From NCBI RefSeq assembly GCF_947179115.1, contig NZ_CAMXCI010000006.1:28575-52574 (forward strand): a stretch of DNA of 24,000 nucleotides. Reading direction: 5' to 3'. Below, in pieces: positions 1 to 7,019 of this stretch (positions within the stretch are counted from its first letter, which is position 1; the number at the start of each line of letters is the position of its first letter). This stretch comes from Commensalibacter papalotli (ex Botero et al. 2024) (lineage in GTDB: Bacteria; Pseudomonadota; Alphaproteobacteria; Acetobacterales; Acetobacteraceae). The notes beneath the pieces are model-generated. The model was not told where the DNA came from. It worked only from the letters and a program-made list of their open reading frames with translations, and ran no database searches. Made by a program: the position numbers and the translations under genes.

Positions 1-318
1 GCAGCCCCTTATATTCGATATCATACTTTGGTTTTATATGGCGATAATGATCAGCTTGTGCCTATGGGTTCTATGTATACCGTGTGGGAAAAATTCCCTA
101 AATGGGTAAGAAAAGACTATGTGCCTGGAGGCTATCATTTATTATTAAGAGATAAAAACCGTAAAATAGTAGCCAAAGACATTATTACTTGGATTAATGA
201 TCCAGACCAATGGTTACCTTCTGGTGGTGATGCTGCTTCATCTGCATGGATGTCTGTTAAAGGTAAAGGAAAAGTTCCTTTTTTTATGCCCAGTCAAGTG
301 GATAATATTGTTCACTAA
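1..318 (+). CDS. alpha/beta-fold hydrolase (lysophospholipase / monoacylglycerol lipase-like), C-terminal part only; 5' end outside window
   Basis: Frame is open from base 1 (AAPYIRYHTLVLYGDNDQLVP...). The LYGDNDxLVP acid loop and GGYHLLL catalytic-His context are typical of the C-terminal third of alpha/beta hydrolases. Stop TAA at 316-318. Confidence 0.55.
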   Translation, partial: AAPYIRYHTLVLYGDNDQLVPMGSMYTVWEKFPKWVRKDYVPGGYHLLLRDKNRKIVAKDIITWINDPDQWLPSGGDAASSAWMSVKGKGKVPFFMPSQVDNIVH

Positions 319-815
319 CATTGCTGTATTAATTTTTGCATCTCTTGTTGATCCAGTAACCTTTGATTAGCGCTGCCTCGAAAAGACAGTTCTAAATTTT
401 TTTGAGATAATAAAAAAGGGCCATCAATTAGGAGATCTGTCATGGTTAGCAAATCTATAATTGCATGGTTCTGTTTGCTCATTTTTAATAAATTTTCAAA
501 AACATAACCTGTATAGATAGTAATATGTTTTTTTATCGAATGAATTTTTTTAGCTAATTGCACCAAAGGGGCAGCCTGCATGAAAGGCTCGCCACCAGAA
601 AATGTAATGCCATCCAATAATGGATTTTCCTGAAATTGTTCAAAAATGGTTTCAATATCCATACAAAATCCACCTGTGAAAGGGTGTGTTTTGGGGTTGT
701 GGCACCCTGGACATTGATGGGGACAGCCTTGCGTAAAGATGACAAAACGCAAACCTGGCCCATCAACGATTGATTCCTCGACAACGCCACTAAGGCGTAG
801 TTGATGAGCAGTCAT
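315..815 (-). CDS. nrdG: anaerobic ribonucleoside-triphosphate reductase activating protein (radical SAM)
   Basis: CxxxCxxC radical-SAM motif (GCPHQCPGCHNP), plus IVDGPGLRFVIFTQGC and FSGGEP motifs of class III RNR activases. Lies immediately downstream of nrdD. The ORF track starts at 851, but the ATG at 815 (MTAHQLRLSG...) gives the usual short N-terminus. Start is uncertain (815 or 851). Confidence 0.9.
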   Translation of the reverse strand: MTAHQLRLSGVVEESIVDGPGLRFVIFTQGCPHQCPGCHNPKTHPFTGGFCMDIETIFEQFQENPLLDGITFSGGEPFMQAAPLVQLAKKIHSIKKHITIYTGYVFENLLKMSKQNHAIIDLLTMTDLLIDGPFLLSQKNLELSFRGSANQRLLDQQEMQKLIQQC

Positions 816-1020
816 GTTTAACACGGTCTTTTTCTTCTGCTTGTTTAGCATTATTAAAACGATCTACGGTTCCCACGAGGTATCCAGTAATACGGCGTGT
901 TCTTGCAAAACCGATATTTTCACCAACCATTGTTTGATGAGGGGGATTTGCGGATGTATTCGTTTGATTTTCAAGTTTAATCGTCATAATTTTCTCATTT
1001 ATGGTGATAGGTTGGAACAT
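790..1020 (-). CDS. nrdD: NrdD C-terminal glycyl-radical segment, in a different frame from the NrdD body (frameshifted 3' end, or a separately translated small ORF with alternative ATG at 987)
   Basis: Translation contains FARTRRITGYLVGTVDRFNNAKQAEEKDRVKH, the class III RNR glycyl-radical motif (RxxGY ... RVKH). This frame is closed upstream by TAA at 1060-1062. The body ORF stops at 995-997. Confidence 0.7.
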   Translation of the reverse strand: MFQPITINEKIMTIKLENQTNTSANPPHQTMVGENIGFARTRRITGYLVGTVDRFNNAKQAEEKDRVKHDCSSTTP

Positions 1021-3256
1021 TTGGGTATTGCTGGTGCAAAAGACTAAGCTTTTCGACGCTTATAGCTTCACCTTCTTTACGTCCGCATCGGGGGCAGACA
1101 TTATCAATAACACCGACATATCCACAAACAGGGTCTCTGTCTAAGGGATGATTAATGGCACCATAACCAATGCCTTTGGATTGCATATGACGTATGATCG
1201 TTTCAAAAGCATCAAGATTTTTACAAACGTCACCATCAAGTTCAATATAAGTAATATGACCACCATTTGTTAACGCATGATAAGGCGCTTCTATATCAAT
1301 TTTCTTATGTGTTTTTATTGGAAAGTAAACGGGAACATGGAATGAGTTTGTGTAATATTCTCTATCTGTAATTCCTAGTATACTTCCGTATTTTTCACGA
1401 TCCATCATAACAAAGCGTCCACTTAATCCCTCAGCTGGGGTTGCGATCAGGGAAAAATTAAGCTTTGTCTTTTTGGCTTGTTCATCCATGCGTTCTCTCA
1501 TATGAGAAATAATTTTCAGCCCAAGTTCTTGTGCTTCTTTACTCTCTCCATGATGAACCCCGATAAGGGCTTTTAGTGTTTCTGCAAGTCCAATAAAACC
1601 TGCGGTTAAAGTTCCGTGTTTTAATACTTCTTCAACTGTATCTTCCGAATTAAGCAAATGGGAATCAATCCAAATTCCTTGACCCATCAAAAAGGGATAA
1701 TTTTTAACTTTTTTTTGACTTTGAATTTTTAACCGATGTAATAATTGTTCGATAACCAGATCGATTTTTTCATCTAAAAGTGTAAAAAACAGATCAATAT
1801 TGTGATCAGCGTCTAACCCTAATCGTGGAAGATTAATGGAGGTAAAACTTAAATTACCACGCCCACATATTTCAGTTCGATTTTCATCATGTGCATTGCC
1901 CAGAACGCGAGTACGACATCCCATATATGCGACTTCTGATTGATAAGAGTTAGGTTGGTAATATTGATAATTAAAAGGGGCGTCTATAAAGCTGAAATTT
2001 GGGAAAAGTCGTTTAGCAGAAGTTGCCATAGCTTGTTTAAATAAATCGTAATTTGGATCAATTTTTTCAAAATTAACGCCAGATTTTACTTTGAAAATTT
2101 GTACAGGGAAAATAGGGGTCTCCCCATTTCCTAATCCTGCCTCTGTTGCTTTAAGAAGGTTATGAATTGCCATGCGCCCCTCTTCAGAAATATCAGTTCC
2201 ATAATTGATAGAACTGAAAGGGACTTGGGCACCTGCTCTGGAATTCATAGTATTCAAGTTATGAATAAAAGCTTCCATCGCTTGATATGTACGACGGTCA
2301 GTATTGGCTAGGGCTTTTTTACAGGCATAATGATGTGCTGAAATAAGTGCTTCTGTTGAAACGGAAAGGTTGTTAACTTGTTTTAGTTTTGCTTCAAATT
2401 TAGAAATTAAATTAATATGAATATCTTCTTGAAAATGAGATTTCAGGGTCTCTAGTAAAAGATTAATATCCTGCTCAGTCATATCGGTTTTAATTTGAAG
2501 ATACATGGCGAATATTTTCCAATATTCTTGTTTAAAGGTTTTTTTTACCCCTAATGCCATTGCATAATCAAAATTAGGAACACTTTGCCCCCCATGCATT
2601 TCGTTTTGATTGGCTTGTATAGCAATACATGCAAGCGCTGAGTAGCTTTCTATAGAATTTGGCTCTCTTAAATATCCATGCCCTGTTGAAAAACCATTTT
2701 CAAAAAGGGTAATAAGATCAATTTGACAGCAAGTAGCCGTCAACATATAGAAATCTTTGTCATGAATATGAATATCACCATTTTGGTGAGCTTTAGAAAT
2801 ATTAGGTGGCAGAATATAATTATCTATAAAAAATTTTGATCCTTCTGAACCATATTTTAACATCGTTCCCATTGCTGTATCGCCATCTATATTGGCATTT
2901 TCTCTTTTAATATCAGCATCTTTGGCAGAGCTATAGGTTAGTTTTTTATATATATCCATCAAATAGGTTTCACTATTACGGATTTTAGTATGCTCGGCAC
3001 GATATAAAATATATGATTTAGCCGTATCAGCATAATCGTAATGGATTAAAGTTCGTTCAACTATATCTTGGATTCCTTCAACATGATTAACATAATCTTG
3101 GTTGATGTTTTGGCAAACTTTTTCAGTTAAAAATAAATGATCTGTAGGTGTCATGTTTTCATCAAGTGTTGCATTATTGGCTTTGATGATTGCATTCAGA
3201 ATTTTAACTTGGTCGAAAGGTGCTAGAGACCCGTCTCTTTTGATAATGTGTGTCAT
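995..3256 (-). CDS. nrdD: anaerobic ribonucleoside-triphosphate reductase (class III), catalytic body lacking the glycyl-radical tail in this frame
   Basis: N-terminal ATP-cone (MTHIIKRDGSLAPFDQVKILNAI). Also ENANIDGDTAMGTMLKYGSE, GDIHIHDKDFY, TCCQIDL and the C-terminal Zn-site-like VCGYVGVIDNVCPRCG. Start placed at ATG 3256 (AAGG 7 nt upstream). The 21 extra codons up to 3319 in the ORF track overlap palindromic, regulatory-looking DNA. Confidence 0.93.
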   Translation of the reverse strand: MTHIIKRDGSLAPFDQVKILNAIIKANNATLDENMTPTDHLFLTEKVCQNINQDYVNHVEGIQDIVERTLIHYDYADTAKSYILYRAEHTKIRNSETYLMDIYKKLTYSSAKDADIKRENANIDGDTAMGTMLKYGSEGSKFFIDNYILPPNISKAHQNGDIHIHDKDFYMLTATCCQIDLITLFENGFSTGHGYLREPNSIESYSALACIAIQANQNEMHGGQSVPNFDYAMALGVKKTFKQEYWKIFAMYLQIKTDMTEQDINLLLETLKSHFQEDIHINLISKFEAKLKQVNNLSVSTEALISAHHYACKKALANTDRRTYQAMEAFIHNLNTMNSRAGAQVPFSSINYGTDISEEGRMAIHNLLKATEAGLGNGETPIFPVQIFKVKSGVNFEKIDPNYDLFKQAMATSAKRLFPNFSFIDAPFNYQYYQPNSYQSEVAYMGCRTRVLGNAHDENRTEICGRGNLSFTSINLPRLGLDADHNIDLFFTLLDEKIDLVIEQLLHRLKIQSQKKVKNYPFLMGQGIWIDSHLLNSEDTVEEVLKHGTLTAGFIGLAETLKALIGVHHGESKEAQELGLKIISHMRERMDEQAKKTKLNFSLIATPAEGLSGRFVMMDREKYGSILGITDREYYTNSFHVPVYFPIKTHKKIDIEAPYHALTNGGHITYIELDGDVCKNLDAFETIIRHMQSKGIGYGAINHPLDRDPVCGYVGVIDNVCPRCGRKEGEAISVEKLSLLHQQYPNVPTYHHK

Positions 3257-3320
3257 AACATACCTTGAAAACGTAATGTTTAAAGAATCAAGATGTAATT
3301 TAAGAATGATTCTTAACATT

Positions 3321-3336
3321 AAACTATATATAGTAT
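3321..3336. promoter_or_regulatory. candidate NrdR box upstream of nrdD
   Basis: aaACTATATATAGTat matches the published 16-bp NrdR palindrome (acaCwAtATaTwGtgt) at 14/16 positions. A weaker half-match, tcacaatatatttcaa, lies at 3374-3389, 53 bp away centre to centre. Confidence 0.45.
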
Positions 3337-3363
3337 TTAAATATAAATCAAACTACTATTTGT

Positions 3364-3377
3364 ATGATTTTGATCAC
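3364..3377. promoter_or_regulatory. candidate FNR/CRP-family site upstream of nrdD
   Basis: aTGATtttgATCAc has a TGAT-N4-ATCA core, 8/10 to the FNR consensus TTGAT-N4-ATCAA. On the - strand it also reads TGTGA-N6-TCATA (CRP-like). It lies about 114 nt upstream of the ATG at 3256. Confidence 0.3.
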
Positions 3378-3768
3378 AATATATTTCAAAACGATTTTTG
3401 ATGACTTTTTGTATGTATGCAACAGCTATAGTTTTTAATTCGATTTTTTTTATTAAGGTTTTAAGAATTTATGAATTTTTTTTATGATTTATAATCATCA
3501 CTGAAGGAAATAGAGCTATATTTCAAAATAGATATAGTTCGATTAAATTATACTAACGGTGATTTTTTATAGACCTCAGTTCATGTTAATAAATGAGGTC
3601 TTAGATTCTTCTGATTCATAATATATTTATGGATCAATAATATAAATTATTTTGATACTATCCTAAAATGGTCAGGATAAACAATTTAAAGTTTGAAACA
3701 AGAATTCTAACCATGATTTTTATAGAACCGAAGATGCAACAGCTAGTAAAGAAAAATATGATCTTTAA

Positions 3769-3811
3769 TTGCTTACTTGTAAGTTTAGTTCAATCTTTTA
3801 CAAGTAAGCAA
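3769..3811 (-). terminator. hairpin immediately downstream of the repeat-Hint gene (possible terminator)
   Basis: Perfect 13-bp stem, ttgcttacttgta (3769-3781) with tacaagtaagcaa (3799-3811), and a 17-nt loop. It begins 9 nt after the stop codon. There is no clean U-run after it on the - strand. Confidence 0.4.
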
Positions 3812-3819
3812 TATTTATT

Positions 3820-6280
3820 TTAAACAGCAATAGACTGAATTTGTTTTTGTTTAAGAGGATATGCTCTATCAGAACAAACTTGAATAATTAATTTTCGTTC
3901 TTTATGATTATTGTCAGGCAGATTCAATAATGCTTTTCCTTTTGTCCAACGACAAGGTTGTTGTTCCAAAGTATGCCACCCTGGTAAATCATCTTGCGTT
4001 AGATGATTGGTCATATTAATTACTTGTATATTATAGGCTGCACTTACGATTTGGATACTTCCAACTGAGATACCTAACTCATGACGGTTATCTTCAAAAG
4101 GTCCATCAATATCATTTAAGCGGCTTGTTCTGGATACAAGATAAACGCTTTTAATATTTTCATCAGGTAAAGGGAATATATATCGACCTTGAAAATGTGA
4201 TATAGGTTCAATAGTTAAACCATCTTGTGTAATCAAATGAAAATCAGGATCATGGGTAAGTTGATTTTTATCTTGCATCATTGGTAAACCCATCTTTATA
4301 GCACGTTGCAATAACGTATGATAAAGAGGTTCAACGTAACTGCGATCAACCATTAAGGGGGCACCAGCATCTTTCCCCCAAGTTTTGGGTTTTTTTGGGC
4401 GTATTAAAATAGCACAATCACCATGTTGACTAAATTGGGTTTGATTTCCTGTATCCAGATAACTCTCTGTTAACACTCCATTTGCCCAAATAACTGAATG
4501 CTCCTCTGTTTCAAAATGATAATAAGTGTAGTTTGTAATCGAATAATCATAAAAAATACTATACCCATTCACAAACATACGAGCAGGGGTGAATTTTCCA
4601 TTAAAAAACAAACAATGCTCAGGGGTAATTAATAGATCTTTGCAAGGAGTACCTTCAGCAATAGCATCTTTTAAAATGCGTACAGGATACCCTGCTTCAT
4701 CATCATGTAATGTTGGATTAACTTTTACGGTTTTATTTCCGACCCAACGAACAGATTGAACATCTTCTTTATTTTGTTGCCAGTTAAAACTAAGGATTTT
4801 ATCACCAATACGAATATCCTCTACCGCGATTTCTCCTTCAAGCGTTTTAATCATAGAACCCGCAAGAAAACAAACCTCATAAATTAAATTACCAGTTGAA
4901 TCAGATGCAAGATGATATCCTTCATTTTTGGCGCCAGGAATATTTAAGGAAATTTTATTACCATTATTAAGAATTAAGGTTACAAAATCACCATTGATAT
5001 TTCCATTAACATCTTCAAAGGCTACGTTAGTAACATTAGAGGTTTGAATGCCTGCTAATTTAATTTGATCTGACCAACTCGTGCTTGCACCATCAAAATT
5101 GTTGATTAAGGTTGTTACGATACCACCATTTTCAAGACCCGAAATAGTTAAGCCATGATTACCATTTCCAGGAAAATTGATTGTTCCACCAGCATCTGGA
5201 TAAATTGTGGCGTAACCCCCATGAAGAGTTATTTCACCATTTATTTTTCCACCAGAAGAAACCGTCAGTAACCCTCCGAGATCTACACTAGTAATAGAGC
5301 CACCTGAGGAAACTGTTACATCTCCATTAGCATAAACATATGTATTAATGGCACTTCCGCCAGAAGAAACAATAAGCGATCCAACACTTGTATTAGAAAT
5401 AATGGCTCCTGAGGCAACTATAAGCGTCCCTTGAGCAAAAACCTGCGTATCAGACATAGTTGCTCCCGAAGCAACTATAATTTTAGCGCTAGTATAAACA
5501 CTCGTATGAATAAAATTCATATTAGAAGGGATTGTAAACTCCCCTCCGATACTTGCGTTATAAAACGTCACCCCTGAGGGGCCTATAAGATCGGCAGAGT
5601 TAATATATGCATTAGAAATAGTGACCCCAGAGGAAACAGTTAGTTGTCCACCAGAGTAAATAAATATACCAGAAACATTCACCCCTAAAGCAACTGTTAA
5701 CTGCCCTCCAGAGTTAATAGTTGTATCAATAATACTTGCTCCTGAAGCAACTGGGATCTGCCCTCCAGAAGAAACATATATACCAGAAATATTTATCCCT
5801 GAAGAGACCGCATATTGTACGCCAGATAAAATAAATATATTCGCGACATTTGCTCCTGGGGAAGCTGTAAATAGTCCTCCATCAGAAATCGTTATTTCAG
5901 TAATACTTGCTCCAGAGGAAGCGGTAAACTCTGCTCCAGAGAGAATAATTGTACGAGAAACACTTGCTCCAGAGATAACAGAAAATAGACCTCCAGAATA
6001 AATAGATGTATCAGAAACACTTCCATTAGAAGTAACTATTAAATTCCCACCAGATAAAATATTGGTATTAGAAGCATTCCCGTTTGAAACAACTGTTAAT
6101 TGCCCCCCCAGCATAAATGGATGTATCAGAAACTCTTCCATATGAAGATACCGTTAATTGTCCTCCAGAATAAATGGATGTATTATAAGCACTTCCAAAT
6201 GTAGAAATTATAAGCTGTTCTCCATAGGAAATGGATATATTAGAAACAATTTCACCTGAGGAGACTACTGTGTTTGACAT
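3820..6280 (-). CDS. AIDA-type beta-helix repeat / Hint-domain protein, interrupted by a +1 frameshift in a G7 tract (two ORFs, 6280-6068 and 6141-3820; about 819 aa if the tract were G6)
   Basis: The 70-aa ORF (6068-6280) and the 773-aa ORF (3820-6141) carry the same 19-aa repeat. Removing one G from 6103-6109 reads ...IYAGGQLTVVSNGNASNTNI..., joining them exactly. Hint_2-like block: CFLAGSMIKTLEGEIAVEDIRIGDKIL...PVRI...LLITPEHCLF...YYHFETEEHSVIWANGVLTESY. Confidence 0.85.
4432..4872 (-). other. Hint (Hedgehog/intein-like, Hint_2 / bacterial intein-like) module within the repeat protein
   Basis: Starts with the nucleophile Cys (TGT at 4872-4870) in YEV|CFLAGSMIKT. No intein-type C-terminal His-Asn + Cys/Ser/Thr junction and no homing-endonuclease insert were seen. 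Confidence 0.75.
5212..6280 (-). repeat. about 20 tandem, degenerate 57-nt (19-codon) coding repeats
   Basis: The protein reads as consecutive 19-residue units, e.g. GGQLTVSSYGRVSDTSIYA / GGQLTVVSNGNASNTNILS / GGNLIVTSNGSVSDTSIYS / GGQLTVSSGVTISNAYINS. This is the SGGxxxVxSGxxxxxTxI rung pattern of AIDA-I/Ag43-type passenger beta-helices. Confidence 0.85.
6103..6109 (-). repeat. homopolymeric tract, G7 on the coding strand (C7 on +), at the frameshift site
   Basis: The + strand reads t-g-ccccccc-a at 6101-6110. The frame change between the two repeat-bearing ORFs maps exactly here. Confidence 0.9.
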
Positions 6281-6930
6281 ATTGATTGCCTTGTAAGCAG
6301 AAAAATTAAGAATTTAATACGAAGATTCTATCTATATATTTCTTAGTTTAAACCTAACCTGCTTTTGTTAAGTTTCGATATCAAATTTTCTATAATTATA
6401 AATATATTTATTGATAGTTCAGAGGTTATAGTCGCTTCATTAGTAACTTAATGGTTTATTTAAAGCTTACCGATAATAATTGGTAAGTATTAGATAAAAA
6501 ATATACATTCTTATTGTTTCGCTCATTGGTTGATAGCCAAAATGTGAGCGTTACTGCTAGAAGGACAATAATTAGAATATTTTAACCATCGCATCTTAAA
6601 GTTATCATTAAACATTATACAATGATATTGGGTAGCGAAACAGGATTAAGCGCGTCAGTTGTCACTAAATATAAACTAAACATTCGATCAAACAGAGTTC
6701 AATAATAAGTATTTAATTAAAAGAGCTATCTCTGAAAACTTTATCCAGATTTATTATTTAGCTAATAACGAAAAATTATAAATATATATCCAACATATAA
6801 TGACTGGACAGATTAATAGAAGATTTCTATGGGGGAGTTGATCAGTTGAACTATACAACATCATGCTTAGAAAAAGCGAAGAGATTTTAAAATATCGAAC
6901 AAGAAATATAACTAGTGCAAAAATGAATAT

Positions 6931-6970
6931 TTATAAAAACATAAGATGCTTAATAAAAGCACCTTATGTT
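6931..6970 (-). terminator. rho-independent terminator of the PFOR operon
   Basis: On the - strand: aacataaggtgctt-ttatt-aagcatcttatgtt, a 14-bp stem with one G-U pair, followed by TTTTTAT. It lies 50-90 nt downstream of the stop at 7020. Confidence 0.6.
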
Positions 6971-7019
6971 GAAATATTATAATTTTATTTTATGAAAAAT
7001 CGTTATTCATTGATGTAAA

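Noticed and set aside
315-318. Convergent hydrolase and nrdG genes overlap by 4 bp at their stop codons (cTAg / TAA)
   Set aside because: The overlap is real in the sequence but is a common compact-genome arrangement. It has no further implication beyond the absence of an intergenic terminator.
3257-3319. 21-codon N-terminal extension of NrdD (MLRIILKLHLDSLNITFSRYV)
   Set aside because: The ATP-cone begins at the Met at 3256, which has an AAGG Shine-Dalgarno-like element. The extension overlaps a perfect palindrome and abuts the NrdR-like box, so it is more likely 5' leader.
3571-3601. 8-bp hairpin agacctca...tgaggtct in the spacer between the Hint gene and nrdD
   Set aside because: There is no U-run after it on either strand and no transcript context, so it was not called a terminator or RNA gene.
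3676-3732. 18-codon hydrophobic - strand mini-ORF (MVRILVSNFKLFILTILG) downstream of the Hint gene, as a possible immunity or leader peptide
   Set aside because: It is too short, has no Shine-Dalgarno sequence and I saw no supporting signal. It is noted only because toxin-like architectures often carry small downstream genes.
4432-4872. Hint module as a true mobile intein
   Set aside because: It is not inserted into a conserved host protein. It lacks a homing-endonuclease insert and an intein-type C-terminal His-Asn + Cys/Ser/Thr junction. It is better described as a BIL/Hint_2-type autoprocessing domain.
5212-6280. Periodic ~57-nt repeats that could suggest a CRISPR array or satellite
   Set aside because: The period is exactly 19 codons within one open reading frame. 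The units are degenerate at DNA level but conserved at protein level (SGGxxxVxSG), with no repeat-spacer structure. This is a coding tandem repeat.
6864-6983. 39-codon + strand ORF (MLRKSEEILKYRTRNITSAKMNIYKNIRCLIKAPYVEIL)
   Set aside because: It has no convincing ribosome-binding site at proper spacing. It overlaps the PFOR-operon terminator hairpin. Its composition is what AT-rich non-coding DNA yields by chance.
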